30,260 bases of DNA from a virus. The stretch lies in the UHGV virus genome UHGV-0035817. One strand, given 5' to 3'. A program made the position numbers and the translations under genes. Below, piece by piece: positions 8,566 through 18,243 of the stretch. A model generated the notes under the pieces. The model did not search any database. It saw only the letters and a list, made by a program, of their open reading frames with translations, and was not told the DNA's origin. Position 1 is the first letter of the stretch. Each line of letters begins with the position of its first letter.

Positions 8566-8654
8566 AAAATATACCGTTACAATCAGCACTTTCCATTTTT
8601 ATCTAACAATCAATACTAGGACATTCCCTTCTTTCAACATCATATTTAACCGAT

Positions 8655-8680
8655 TCCATAAAACGTTGGTTTGGGAGAAG
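8655..8680. repeat. Invertase crossover site, left (gix/pix-like 26-bp site)
   Basis: TTCCATAAAACG TT GGTTTGGGAGAA; half-sites resemble the TTATCCAAAACC / TTCCTGTAAACC family; 16/17 match in inverted orientation to 10406-10422. Confidence 0.75.
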
Positions 8681-9132
8681 GTTCTGCGTTGCCTGTTGGC
8701 GTACCAGTTCCTTGGCCTTCAGCTACGCCGCCGACAGGCTGGCTGAAATGCAACGGGGCTGCTTTTTCGGCTGAAGAATACCCGGAGCTGGCAAAGGCTT
8801 ACCCGACAAATAAATTGCCTGATTTACGCGGTGAATTTATTCGTGGCTGGGATGACGGACGTGGAGTGGATGCCGGGCGACAATTATTATCTTCACAGGG
8901 GGATGCAATAAGAAATATTGAGGGATTCGCAGATGGCGGGATCGGCATGTCTTTTGATGCAATCAGAGGGGCTTTTTACGATGCAGGAACACGATCAACG
9001 ACAATGGCGAATAACACAACTGCTATAGGCAAAACCGATGACCTTGGATTCGACGCCTCTCGTGTCGTGCCAACAGCTAATGAAAACCGTCCACGTAACA
9101 TCGCCTTTAATTATATTGTGAGGGCTGCATAA
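8671..9132 (+). CDS. Alternative tail-fibre C-terminal domain (Sv'-like), silent in this orientation
   Basis: ORF without its own ATG or RBS that begins inside the crossover site in frame (…GEGSALPVG…); would be fused to the constant part of H after inversion. Confidence 0.7.
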   Translation: MGEGSALPVGVPVPWPSATPPTGWLKCNGAAFSAEEYPELAKAYPTNKLPDLRGEFIRGWDDGRGVDAGRQLLSSQGDAIRNIEGFADGGIGMSFDAIRGAFYDAGTRSTTMANNTTAIGKTDDLGFDASRVVPTANENRPRNIAFNYIVRAA

Positions 9133-9725
9133 TGAAACCTGTTTTTGATGAAAATGGGCTGGCTACAGTACCGGGTAATATGCGTTGTTTTTATTATGAG
9201 GCAGTTACGTATGAATATACTGGCTGGTCTGATGAATATATTAATACTGGCGTAAGTATGCCCGCTTGTTCCACTGGTATTGACCCGGGCGAATACATTC
9301 CGGGAAGAGTGGCAGTATTTACGGGTAAGGGATGGAGCCATGAAGAAGACCATCGCAATGAGACTGTTTACTCAACAGAAAATGGCGCAGCTGTTACAGT
9401 GGATTATATCGGTGCCATCAAAGACGGTTATGTCACGCTTTCACCGTTAACGCCATACGATAAATGGGATGGTGAGAAATGGGTGACGGATACCGAGGCA
9501 CAGCATAGCGCCGCACTAGACGCGGCAGAAGCACAGCGCCAGTCACTGATTGATGCAGCAATGGCTTCCATTAGTCTGATTCAGCTGAAATTACAGGCCG
9601 GACGGAAACTGACTCAGGCAGAAACAACCCGACTTAACGCCGTGCTGGATTACATTGACGCGGTGACGGCAACAGATACCAGCACCGCGCCGGATGTCAT
9701 CTGGCCTGAACTGCCGGAGGCGTAG
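9132..9725 (+). CDS. Alternative tail-fibre assembly chaperone (U'-like, 197 aa)
   Basis: C-terminus ...[15 protein letters not shown], the typical tail-fibre assembly ending, shared with the convergent gene 9697-10125. Confidence 0.8.
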   Translation: MKPVFDENGLATVPGNMRCFYYEAVTYEYTGWSDEYINTGVSMPACSTGIDPGEYIPGRVAVFTGKGWSHEEDHRNETVYSTENGAAVTVDYIGAIKDGYVTLSPLTPYDKWDGEKWVTDTEAQHSAALDAAEAQRQSLIDAAMASISLIQLKLQAGRKLTQAETTRLNAVLDYIDAVTATDTSTAPDVIWPELPEA

Positions 9726-10125
9726 GCCATTCAATATCGGGTGCTGTTGAAGTATCAACACGCATCAGCAGCACACGGTATTTCTTCCATTCGGTGAGAG
9801 TTGAAGTTTCTTCATCAGTTGCGATATCAGCATCAACAGCATCCTGACGCCAGGATATTTCACTGTCAGCTTTTTCCCGTAATTGGGATTTTTTAACTTC
9901 AGCAATAGCTATTAATTCCTTTTTGGTCGGCTGAGGAATATCTATCAGTGCTGGTTTTCCATTCAGTGTTCCAATCTGTTTTCCTGGTGGAATATCCATA
10001 AATAACTTTTTATGTTCTTCCTCACTGACTATTACACCATCATCAGGCCACAGACCTGATGCCTCAAATTTTTCTTTCTCCGATATGGGGAAAAAGCCAT
10101 TTGCTTTAGCGCTCCATACGTACAT
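9697..10125 (-). CDS. Tail-fibre assembly chaperone (gpG/U-like, 142 aa), expressed orientation
   Basis: Immediately downstream of H on the same strand; C-terminus ...[19 protein letters not shown]. Confidence 0.8.
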   Translation of the reverse strand: MYVWSAKANGFFPISEKEKFEASGLWPDDGVIVSEEEHKKLFMDIPPGKQIGTLNGKPALIDIPQPTKKELIAIAEVKKSQLREKADSEISWRQDAVDADIATDEETSTLTEWKKYRVLLMRVDTSTAPDIEWPTPPAVQAR

Positions 10126-10126
10126 A

Positions 10127-11470
10127 TCAATACCCCACCGCTATAATGTCCACATTAAATCCCCCGGGACCTGCCTGCCAGATGCTGACCCCTGTTAATG
10201 ATTTTGTTTGATGAACAACCGCCACATTTGCTGGCGATAGTGTTTCAGTTGTTACAGTACCGATATCATTCCAGTTAATTGAGATGGAATATTTCGTTGT
10301 TGTAAACGACCGGGGGAAAGTTATGTGTCTTGCATTGGTGCCAACAGGAAATCCAAGATAAACACGCTGAATTATCATTCCTCCAGGTAACATAACCCAG
10401 TTAGCACCTTCTCCAAAACCAAGGTATGCGAGAAGACCAGCCACATCCTTTCCACTCAAATTAGTAAGCGTATTGTCCAGCGGTTGTTTGCCTGCCAGTG
10501 CATTAAGCACTGTTGTTGAAAAGTTAGGGTCATTCCCCAGCGCCGCCGCCAGTTCATTCAGTGTATCCAGTGCCGCAGGGGCAGAACCCACCATTGCCGC
10601 AATTGCTGATTTCACAAAAGCCGTGGTGGCAATCTGTGTATTGTTGACCGACTGTGCCGCAGTAGGTGCTGTTGGCGTTCCGGTAAGTGCGGGACTCGAC
10701 AGCGGCGCTTTCAGTGCCAGCGCATTGTTAATGGTGGTGCTGAATTTCGGGTCATTGTTAATGGCTGCGGCAATTTCTTTCAGTGTGTCCAGCGTGGCTG
10801 GCGCGCCGTTAATCAGAGCGGTAATAGCGGCCTGAACAAACTCAGTGGTCGCAATCCGCGTGGTGTTATTCCCTGCGGCAGGCGTCGGCGCTTTTGGTTC
10901 TCCGGTAAATGTCGGATTATGTTTCTGTGCATACTGGGTATGAGGATCCTGTGCGGCAATGTGGTTTCTCATCTGGTCATCCACATACAGCCTTAATTCC
11001 AGGACTTCATCATCCACGTATTTACGGGTCGCCAGTACCACCGACGGGTCGATTTTCAGCGTGATGGCTTCGGTATTCGTGACAACCAGAATCATGCGGA
11101 TAGTCTGGGTACGACCACTGCCTTCCTGTAACTGCGGTTTGTACGTTTCCGGGCAGTTCGCCACCGCAATGAGTACGCCTTCATCATCATAAAGCCCAAT
11201 CTCACGGATCCAGAATCCGCCCTCGTTCTCAGGGATGATTTGCTCCGCAATAATCTGGCTCTGGTTGTTCGGGTCAACACTCAGAAGATTCAGCGGCGCG
11301 ATGCGTTTCTGGTTAATCAGTTTTGTCTGTGCCGGGTCTGGTGTCGGCAAGACACCATTCGCATCACCAACGGCCATTTGCGTCAGATTCAGCTTACTGC
11401 CGAGCATCGTCGCGTTAGCCAGCCGTGCTGCGCCCTGATTAGTCAGAATGGCGTAGTATTTCACTGTCAT
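10127..11470 (-). CDS. H: Tail fibre protein H (447 aa in current orientation)
   Basis: N-terminal region resembles P2 gpH (…[13 protein letters not shown]…YKP…EGSGR…), internal fibre repeats ([16 protein letters not shown]); C-terminal ~100 aa lies within the invertible segment. Confidence 0.85.
   Translation of the reverse strand: MTVKYYAILTNQGAARLANATMLGSKLNLTQMAVGDANGVLPTPDPAQTKLINQKRIAPLNLLSVDPNNQSQIIAEQIIPENEGGFWIREIGLYDDEGVLIAVANCPETYKPQLQEGSGRTQTIRMILVVTNTEAITLKIDPSVVLATRKYVDDEVLELRLYVDDQMRNHIAAQDPHTQYAQKHNPTFTGEPKAPTPAAGNNTTRIATTEFVQAAITALINGAPATLDTLKEIAAAINNDPKFSTTINNALALKAPLSSPALTGTPTAPTAAQSVNNTQIATTAFVKSAIAAMVGSAPAALDTLNELAAALGNDPNFSTTVLNALAGKQPLDNTLTNLSGKDVAGLLAYLGFGEGANWVMLPGGMIIQRVYLGFPVGTNARHITFPRSFTTTKYSISINWNDIGTVTTETLSPANVAVVHQTKSLTGVSIWQAGPGGFNVDIIAVGY
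10409..10434. repeat. Invertase crossover site, right (inside H)
   Basis: TTCTCCAAAACC AA GGTATGCGAGAA; lies in the H reading frame at the motif LGFGEG. Confidence 0.75.
10505..10880. repeat. Diverged tandem repeat inside H encoding two copies of a ~45-aa fibre repeat
   Basis: Protein repeats [35 protein letters not shown] / [35 protein letters not shown]; coordinates approximate. Confidence 0.5.
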
Positions 11471-12078
11471 GCGTTTACTCTCAGGTTATCAATTAAATGA
11501 ATGGCCGAGGCCGGGAAATAATCCCCTCCGACAATAATGGCCTCCGGGGTGTAGGGATAAACCGTCAGGGCGTCGCCGTGATAGCATCCCGCACCGGCAA
11601 AAATGTTGCCGGTTGTACTTAAGCTGATAGCCAGTCCCGTCAGATGGCGGCTTGCCGGTTTTGCATCAGCAACGAGGCGCTCCAGCTCCTGATACATTTC
11701 CTCGGTAATACCCTGCTCAAGCACACCAACAACGATACGGAACGTCCCCGGCTCCTCGTTGAGCTGCCACCACTCCCTTACCTCAATCAGATAGCCGAGC
11801 GGCTCCACCACACGCCGGATTGCGCCTATAGTGCCCTTATGGCAGTGAATGAAATACGCATCGCGGATAACAGCGCGTTTTGTCGCTTCCGGCCATTTAT
11901 CATCCCAGCGGTCAACCGAAAATGACCACGCCAGCCACGGCAGCAGATTTGCCGGACAGGTATCCGGGTTCCACAGCTCACGAATACTGACCGGCGTTTT
12001 TTCAATTTCCGCACAGGCTTTTGCGGCGGCGACTTCAAGCGGTGATGAGCCGGTCGGCAGCAGTCGCGAATCACTCAT
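11467..12078 (-). CDS. I: Baseplate assembly protein I
   Basis: Position between J and H; 203 aa here versus about 176 aa as I recall P2 gpI, so the start may be internal. Confidence 0.75.
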   Translation of the reverse strand: MSDSRLLPTGSSPLEVAAAKACAEIEKTPVSIRELWNPDTCPANLLPWLAWSFSVDRWDDKWPEATKRAVIRDAYFIHCHKGTIGAIRRVVEPLGYLIEVREWWQLNEEPGTFRIVVGVLEQGITEEMYQELERLVADAKPASRHLTGLAISLSTTGNIFAGAGCYHGDALTVYPYTPEAIIVGGDYFPASAIHLIDNLRVNA

Positions 12079-12979
12079 CCGAGCCTCCGGTCACGACGCG
12101 GTATTCGGTACAGAAAGACGCCTGCGTATTGTTGAGCACGATGTCGGCCAGCGGTGCAGCCAGTTCGACACGCTGCACGCCTTCCACATGCAAAGCGGCA
12201 TAAATGGCAGACAGACGGATGTCGCGCCCCAGCCGGTGCTGTGCCGTGATATACGCTTCCAGTTTTTTCACGGCGGCAGCGCGAATGGGTTCGCTTTCGG
12301 GACCAGGGTAAAGATACAGCGTGGCGTTTATCTGGTATTCAACGATGGCGGCAGACTGCACGGTCACGCGGTCGGCCACCGGTCTGACGTCCTCGCCATT
12401 CAGGGCGTTACGCACCACCGCCAGCAGGTCTTCGGAAGCGACACCGTTATTTTCACGTGACAGCACAGAGATGGTGACACAGGCCGGAGACGGACTGGTG
12501 ACAGAGATATCCGCGACACGCCCGTCGGCACTGCGGCCATGATACTGATAGGCACCCACCGACCCGGCGACGCTTAAACCTTCAAACGCCTGCTGAATAC
12601 GCAGACGATAATCAGTGTCAGATTCCATTACTGCCGGTGTCGGCGGGATGGTCGAATCATCTGCCGGGGTGATAATCAGGCGCGTGGTGTTGTAATTGGC
12701 ACCAATCACATCAAGGTCATTACCGGCTGCACAGGCCAGCATCACCGCCCGTGCAGCCTCATTCACACGCTGACGCCAGATAAGCTCGCGATACGCATTT
12801 TCCTCCAGCAGTTTGACGAGAGGCTCGGATTCCAGCGTCAGGGTACGGGCGACCGCCTCCTGCTGGTCTTCCGGGTAAAGGGAAATCAGTGTCGCCTTGC
12901 GTTCGGCGAGAATGGTTTCAAAGTCCAGCTCCTCGACCACATCCGGTGCGGGTAGCTGGTTCAGGTCGATAATCGGCAT
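12071..12979 (-). CDS. J: Baseplate protein J (302 aa)
   Basis: 302 aa, position as in P2. Confidence 0.85.
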   Translation of the reverse strand: MPIIDLNQLPAPDVVEELDFETILAERKATLISLYPEDQQEAVARTLTLESEPLVKLLEENAYRELIWRQRVNEAARAVMLACAAGNDLDVIGANYNTTRLIITPADDSTIPPTPAVMESDTDYRLRIQQAFEGLSVAGSVGAYQYHGRSADGRVADISVTSPSPACVTISVLSRENNGVASEDLLAVVRNALNGEDVRPVADRVTVQSAAIVEYQINATLYLYPGPESEPIRAAAVKKLEAYITAQHRLGRDIRLSAIYAALHVEGVQRVELAAPLADIVLNNTQASFCTEYRVVTGGSDE

Positions 12980-12983
12980 GGTT

Positions 12984-13331
12984 TCAACTCACAGGAATGG
13001 TTAACGAAAGTGGCTGGCCGGTGTCGTTGTGCTGACCGGTTAACGTGACCGTCATTTGCCCGTCAAAACTGCGCGCCGTGGTGACGGATGACAGGGTGAC
13101 GCGTGGTTCCCATTTCAGCACCGCCATGTAACAGGCGACCTTAATCTGCAACTCAAGCGCCGGGGTCTGCGGCTGGTCAATCATTGACGCCAGCAACGAG
13201 CCGTAATCACGACGCATCACCCGTGAGCCGACCGGTGTGCGCAGGATATCGCCGATACTCTGGCTGATATGCTCAAGGTCAGTGACAGTCAGGCCATCAC
13301 TGCGATTCATTCCGAGATAACGCGCAGTCAT
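12984..13331 (-). CDS. W: Baseplate protein W (115 aa)
   Basis: 115 aa, position between V and J. Confidence 0.85.
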   Translation of the reverse strand: MTARYLGMNRSDGLTVTDLEHISQSIGDILRTPVGSRVMRRDYGSLLASMIDQPQTPALELQIKVACYMAVLKWEPRVTLSSVTTARSFDGQMTVTLTGQHNDTGQPLSLTIPVS

Positions 13332-13963
13332 AGAGGTCCCCCGGTTGTGCCGCCGCTGTCGCCGGGGTGTTTATGGGTATGCAGTACCTTACCGTTTGAT
13401 GAGAGTTCACCGCCGGTGTGTTCAATGTTGCCGCGCATCGTCCCGCCCTTCTGTACTTCCAGCGTGCCGGTAATCAGCCTGTTGGTGCAGACCACCTCCG
13501 GTGTGTCCAGGGTGATGCGAGTTGACGCTTTCACCATGACCACCGGCACCGTGGCGGTAACAGAATCAGAAGCCGTCACGCTGGCCGTTTTGATTCCGCT
13601 TACCGTGAGTGCACTGGTTTCGGGTTCATACTCAATCACCGCCCCGTCAGGGAAACGGATATGCAGGGCATCCGCCGACGCAGACGGCGCGTGGTTATCG
13701 CCGGAATAAATCCCCGGCAGAACGAATGCCGTGTCGAGTTCACCGCCCACGGCCAGAATCAGCACCTGTTCCCCCACGGAAGGTGCCCACCATGTGCGCG
13801 AACGACCGGCGCGATGGGTCAGCCACTGAAGCCAGTCGGTGCACATGCCGCCGGTCTGCACACGGCAGCGACCGGCGTTAAGGTCGGTTTCGACGATAAT
13901 GCCGGTGCGGATCATGTTACGCAGTGCGCGCGCGAGTTCCTGAATATTTGCGAGAGTGTTCAT
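13328..13963 (-). CDS. V: Baseplate spike protein V (211 aa)
   Basis: 211 aa, position, C-terminal Gly-rich tip. Confidence 0.85.
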   Translation of the reverse strand: MNTLANIQELARALRNMIRTGIIVETDLNAGRCRVQTGGMCTDWLQWLTHRAGRSRTWWAPSVGEQVLILAVGGELDTAFVLPGIYSGDNHAPSASADALHIRFPDGAVIEYEPETSALTVSGIKTASVTASDSVTATVPVVMVKASTRITLDTPEVVCTNRLITGTLEVQKGGTMRGNIEHTGGELSSNGKVLHTHKHPGDSGGTTGGPL

Positions 13964-14029
13964 AACGGGAAGGATGCCGCCGGGTCATACCGGCGGCAAT
14001 GTGACGATGAGGTGTCAGGAATGGCACAA

Positions 14030-14482
14030 CTAACGGTCGAGGTGAGCCAGAATAATCTCTTCAATCATCTGCACATCCTCACCGGTAAAGCCGAGCAGAG
14101 GACGCGCCGGATAATCAATTTTCTTACCGTCTTTCCGGTTTTCTTCCGACAGACCGAACTGATGCACGCTGGCGATTTTCGGTGACTTCCCGCCGTAAAA
14201 CTCCATTGATGCCTGTTCCGGGCTGGCGCGGATATGCAAAAAACGACTGGTGATAAGTTTCGCAAACATTTTTCGCTTAACACGACCAGTCTTTTTTCTG
14301 GCGCTCTGCTGCTGGCGTGGCGCATAGGGTGTGCCATCCGGGGCTTTCTGTGCCATCACCCGGCGCTGCTGACTCTGCCGCAGACGTTTCGCCAGTTCGG
14401 CACTCAGTCGCCGACGCCCTGACGGTGACAGCGACTCAATCAGTCCGGCCAGCCGGTCTTCAAAACGCTTAAACTCATTCAT
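14030..14482 (-). CDS. S: Tail completion protein S (150 aa)
   Basis: Size and position as P2 gpS. Confidence 0.8.
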   Translation of the reverse strand: MNEFKRFEDRLAGLIESLSPSGRRRLSAELAKRLRQSQQRRVMAQKAPDGTPYAPRQQQSARKKTGRVKRKMFAKLITSRFLHIRASPEQASMEFYGGKSPKIASVHQFGLSEENRKDGKKIDYPARPLLGFTGEDVQMIEEIILAHLDR

Positions 14483-14942
14483 CCCACTTGCTCACCAGTT
14501 CACCATTGATATAAAGCTCCATCGGGCGGGTGACCGGCTCCGGCGGCGGAGGTTCCGGGATATTCTTCACATGCAGCGCACCGTCAACCTCACTGACCAG
14601 CGTGCGCTCGGTCAGCATCAGGCTGATGCTGATATCAAAGCTGCTGTCATTGTTGATGTCTGCATAAAACGTGAAGCCCTTTTTCTGGCCTTCGTCGGTG
14701 GTCATGATGTCGGGCTGATTTTCCCGCAGCCACGCCAGCACCGGCACGATGAGCAGGTCAAAATCACCGGTAAAGTCGGTCACAATCACATTGAGCGTGT
14801 AACGCTTTTCGAATGACAACGACGTCGCCAGTGTGGAGGCAATACTCCCGTTATCCACGAATATCCGCAGCATCTCTGGACTGGTTTTCAGCACCGTGAC
14901 GGCATCAGTCAGCGCCCTGCGCAGGCTGTCGGGTTTGAGCAT
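14475..14942 (-). CDS. R: Tail completion protein R (155 aa)
   Basis: Size and position as P2 gpR. Confidence 0.8.
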   Translation of the reverse strand: MLKPDSLRRALTDAVTVLKTSPEMLRIFVDNGSIASTLATSLSFEKRYTLNVIVTDFTGDFDLLIVPVLAWLRENQPDIMTTDEGQKKGFTFYADINNDSSFDISISLMLTERTLVSEVDGALHVKNIPEPPPPEPVTRPMELYINGELVSKWDE

Positions 14943-15195
14943 CGTTTTCGTCCTGACAGTGTTTAATCATTTTTACCTGGCTGGCACAGCGTGCCAGCGC
15001 GTTCTCAAGCTGCCGGATATCGGCACTTAAATCGCCGTTCGTCTCCGGGTCACTGCCCGGCATCGGGCAAAGACTCACTTTCGGGCAGGCGTTGTGGACA
15101 ATCACTGGCGTCAGTGCAGGCCGGACGCTGGTGCAACCGGCGCACAGCATCAGGCAGGTCAGCGCCGTACCAGCGGCGAAAATCTTCGTTTTCAT
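14905..15195 (-). CDS. lysC: LysC, outer-membrane lipoprotein spanin (Rz1-like, 96 aa) overlapping lysB
   Basis: MKTKIFAAGTALTCLMLCAGC lipobox; embedded out of frame across the lysB 3' end; RBS GAGGT upstream of ATG at 15195. Confidence 0.75.
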   Translation of the reverse strand: MKTKIFAAGTALTCLMLCAGCTSVRPALTPVIVHNACPKVSLCPMPGSDPETNGDLSADIRQLENALARCASQVKMIKHCQDENDAQTRQPAQGAD

Positions 15196-15475
15196 TGAGT
15201 AACCTCGTGATGGTTTTCTCGCGCTGTGCTTCACGCTTCGCGGCGTTCTCCAGTTCCTGACGCAGTGCCACCTGCGCCAGCTCGTTTTTGTCTGCTCTGG
15301 TGAGGGCAACATGAAGCTGATTTTTCAGCATGGTGATGGTCGTCTGCTGCCCGCTGGCGACGTTGTTCGCCCTGTCCAGCGAGGCGCGCAGGCTGGCGTT
15401 TTCATGCTTCGCCAGAAACAGACCTGTCACCGCCAGCGATAACAACACGACCAGCACAATCATCAGCTTTGACAT
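15050..15475 (-). CDS. lysB: LysB, inner-membrane spanin (Rz-like, 141 aa)
   Basis: N-terminal TM segment then coiled-coil; position after lysA. Confidence 0.8.
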   Translation of the reverse strand: MSKLMIVLVVLLSLAVTGLFLAKHENASLRASLDRANNVASGQQTTITMLKNQLHVALTRADKNELAQVALRQELENAAKREAQREKTITRLLNENEDFRRWYGADLPDAVRRLHQRPACTDASDCPQRLPESESLPDAGQ

Positions 15476-15888
15476 GGTTCCCGCCCCTCAAGACGCTGAC
15501 GACAGGCTTTACGTATCAGCCGGAAGAACACCGACGCCACGAGATAAATCAGCGCGGTAAAAATCCACCCGACAGCGACCAGCGAGATAAACGTCGCCAC
15601 CATAACCACCAGAGCCGCCGCCCGTCTGCGCCACGGTACCGGCTGCAAAAACAGCGACGTGACAATCTTCACGGCCAGCGATTCCGGCGGCAGCTCCCGC
15701 CCGTAGCGTTCCAGCACATACTCAGTGGCATACACCCCGACACCACCGGCAACCACACAGATAACCGTCTCCAGAATCGCCCAGGCGGCGACAAAATTGA
15801 CGGCCACGCTCTGCGGGTAAATCAGGGACAGTGTCAGCATCAGCGCCAGCGACACGTTCAACATCAGTGAAAGGGATAATTTCTTCAT
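15463..15888 (-). CDS. lysA: LysA, membrane protein of lysis cassette (141 aa)
   Basis: Multiple hydrophobic helices; position after K. Confidence 0.75.
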   Translation of the reverse strand: MKKLSLSLMLNVSLALMLTLSLIYPQSVAVNFVAAWAILETVICVVAGGVGVYATEYVLERYGRELPPESLAVKIVTSLFLQPVPWRRRAAALVVMVATFISLVAVGWIFTALIYLVASVFFRLIRKACRQRLEGREPCQS

Positions 15889-15902
15889 GGTGTTTACTCC
15901 GT

Positions 15903-16400
15903 TTAAGCCGGTACGCCGCCAGCGGTACGCCAGACGGTGACCAGTTTTTCCAGTGAATGCTCACGCTGACCGTAACCGGCACCCGGCAGGGACGCCCAGA
16001 TATTGCGACAGCGTGAAATTGCGCGCTCAATGCGTCCCGCCCGGATGTCATCCAGTGCACCGCGTTCGCGGATCAACTGAATGGCAAGTCTGTCCTGTGA
16101 CAACGGACTGAAATCCGGCAGGGCAAGCTGTTTGCGGTAATGCGGCCAGAACAGGTAAAGCTGCTGATAACGACCGGAGGCCGTGGATTTTTCACCGCGA
16201 CGGTTAAACACCTTCGCCGGTCGGCCATGTGCGAACGGGTGGTCACTGTAGTCGGTGAAGATTTCCGGCTTCCCGTCCAGTCCGGTGACTATCACGTCAT
16301 AGCCCCGGTTTTTCGTCAGCGGATGATTCGCCGTCCCTTCGGACACGGCCAGCATGTCGAGAAAGGCGGCGATATTCTGATGCGTGTTAATTACCGGCAT
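15903..16400 (-). CDS. K: Endolysin K (lysozyme, 165 aa)
   Basis: 165 aa, directly after holin; P2 K-like. Confidence 0.85.
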   Translation of the reverse strand: MPVINTHQNIAAFLDMLAVSEGTANHPLTKNRGYDVIVTGLDGKPEIFTDYSDHPFAHGRPAKVFNRRGEKSTASGRYQQLYLFWPHYRKQLALPDFSPLSQDRLAIQLIRERGALDDIRAGRIERAISRCRNIWASLPGAGYGQREHSLEKLVTVWRTAGGVPA

Positions 16401-16681
16401 TACTGTTTCCCCCTGCCCTTAAAGCGGCGCTGAATGGCAATCTCAATCACCTGATAACCGGCGATACCCAGCATGGAGCCGATGCCGCACACCGCAGGCA
16501 GTGACAGGTCAGGAAACTGCACCAGAACAACACCGGCAACCATCGAGACAAAACCACCGAGCAACATGCGCCCGATAAACAGACGCGGGGTGATGGGTTC
16601 ACCACCGGCAAGCACCTTGCCGACAACAATCAGCACCCCAATCATGAAAAGCGACAGGACGCTTTTTTCTTCTGCTGTCAT
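16400..16681 (-). CDS. Y: Holin Y (93 aa)
   Basis: Small protein with hydrophobic helices and charged C-terminus (RRFKGRGKQ). Confidence 0.85.
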   Translation of the reverse strand: MTAEEKSVLSLFMIGVLIVVGKVLAGGEPITPRLFIGRMLLGGFVSMVAGVVLVQFPDLSLPAVCGIGSMLGIAGYQVIEIAIQRRFKGRGKQ

Positions 16682-16684
16682 GCG

Positions 16685-16888
16685 TTACTCCCACAGATTG
16701 ACAGTTTCAGCCACGGGCGCGGTCTGAACGTCGGGCAGTTCGACGGCGGTGCCGTGCGGCAGCACCGCGCCCAGTTCAGCCAGTCCCGGATTTGCGGCGA
16801 GCACGGCTTCGACCACGCCCTCAGTGCGCCCGTAATACCGGACACAAATGGCGTCGAGCGTGTCGCCCTGTAGCGCAAAGGTCTTCAT
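16685..16888 (-). CDS. X: Tail protein X (67 aa)
   Basis: MKTFALQGDTLDAICVRYYGRTEG...; start trimmed to ATG at 16888, which overlaps the L stop. Confidence 0.8.
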   Translation of the reverse strand: MKTFALQGDTLDAICVRYYGRTEGVVEAVLAANPGLAELGAVLPHGTAVELPDVQTAPVAETVNLWE

Positions 16889-17397
16889 CAGATTTGACTC
16901 ACGATGCAGCGCGGCTTGCCCTGGATGCGCGCCACCGCCCAGCGCATATCCCGCCACAGCTCATCAATGGTGCTGTCAATGCTGTCAGCCTTCTTGTCGC
17001 CTTTCGCACTGGCATCCACGCCGCGATAACGCTCATAAAGCGACGCGGTCGCCATCGCACACACGGCGCGCTCGTAGTAAAAAACTTTGATGCTTTCACC
17101 GTCGATGTCGTCCGCCGGGACGTCCGCCAGACGCGTAAAACCGGCGGCAATTTTCTGTTCGCGATACTCGTACAGCTCCGCATTTGTCTCCGCCATGCCT
17201 GACTTGATAGCCTCACGCAGACGGGCGGGGGCGACGGTCTGCTCAAGGCGCATACGTTCCCGGACGCGCTTCGGGTCGATATCGGGAAAAAAGAACGTGT
17301 TTTTAATCACCGGCTCGTCGCCTGCCGGTTGCGGGATGACCACCGTACCCTCACCGGACACGGGAGCCTCCTTTCGCGGAATAATCAGCGTCATCAT
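16888..17397 (-). CDS. L: Head completion protein L (169 aa)
   Basis: Start trimmed to MMTLIIP with RBS GAGGTAG upstream; 169 aa as P2 gpL. Confidence 0.8.
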   Translation of the reverse strand: MMTLIIPRKEAPVSGEGTVVIPQPAGDEPVIKNTFFFPDIDPKRVRERMRLEQTVAPARLREAIKSGMAETNAELYEYREQKIAAGFTRLADVPADDIDGESIKVFYYERAVCAMATASLYERYRGVDASAKGDKKADSIDSTIDELWRDMRWAVARIQGKPRCIVSQI

Positions 17398-17496
17398 GAC
17401 TACCTCTGAAAAGTCGGGCGGTGGACGCCGGTGCAGTGTCAGGTGATTCACCCTCACTGACCGGCGTGCCGCCCTGGCGCGGGGCGCATTCGGTTG

Positions 17497-18240
17497 TTAA
17501 CTGGCTTTCTTTTTCGGGCGTCCACGTTTTGCCGGTGTCACGCTCCGGGTCTTACGCGGAGTGCGGGTGGCCGCTTTGGGCTGCGGCTCCGGCTTCGGTT
17601 TCAGCTCCCGCTCCAGTCGTTCAATCTCTTTTTTGACGCCTGCCTGACAGTCGAGCTGTGTCGCACGTTGCAGGTGAGCCAGCGCACCGGCGGCATCACC
17701 ACCGTCACGCAGAAACAGACCGGTGATTTTGTGCAGCTTTGCGCGCACTTCATCAGGCATGTCTGCCGTGGCGGTCAGTTCAAGGGTCTCCGTCAGCAGG
17801 CGGGTATCCACAGACTCACCGGCAGCGTGGGCGCGCATGGCCGCGAGCGCCACCTCCTCGGTGAACATGTACGGCGGGGTGCGGCGGTGTTTACCCGGCA
17901 TGGTCAGACCGTACTTCAGGGCATAACGGGCAATCTCCAGCGCACCGGCAATATCGCCGGTATCCAGACGCCACAGCATGACCGTCATCAGAATGTCATC
18001 CTGTGCACCTTTGCCCTGCTCCAGCACGCCGTTCACCCACGGCAACCAGAACGGCAGCAGTTCGCGTTTTTTCGCGGCCTTCAGCTCTTTTGAATAAATC
18101 GCTTTCAGTGTGCGCTGGTCTGCGGCCAGCTTGACCAGCATCTGCTCATAGACAGTTGCATGTCGCAGCGGGGCGGCTTCCCGCTGCGCGGTCATCGCTG
18201 CCGAGACCCGCATCATGTGGCGCTGTGCGGGACTCGTCAT
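17497..18240 (-). CDS. M: Terminase small (endonuclease) subunit M (247 aa)
   Basis: 247 aa; basic C-terminal tail; position between N and L. Confidence 0.85.
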   Translation of the reverse strand: MTSPAQRHMMRVSAAMTAQREAAPLRHATVYEQMLVKLAADQRTLKAIYSKELKAAKKRELLPFWLPWVNGVLEQGKGAQDDILMTVMLWRLDTGDIAGALEIARYALKYGLTMPGKHRRTPPYMFTEEVALAAMRAHAAGESVDTRLLTETLELTATADMPDEVRAKLHKITGLFLRDGGDAAGALAHLQRATQLDCQAGVKKEIERLERELKPKPEPQPKAATRTPRKTRSVTPAKRGRPKKKAS

Positions 18241-18243
18241 CGG

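Larger units (their letters stand above)
8655..10434. other. Invertible tail-fibre host-range segment (G/C-segment-like), ~1.8 kb
   Basis: Bounded by inverted 26-bp crossover sites; contains two convergent sets of tail-fibre C-terminus plus tail-fibre assembly genes; adjacent Gin-family invertase. Confidence 0.8.

Noticed and set aside
17494-18093. Plus-strand 199-aa ORF overlapping terminase small subunit M
   Set aside because: Antisense shadow ORF; Arg/Gly-rich low-complexity translation.
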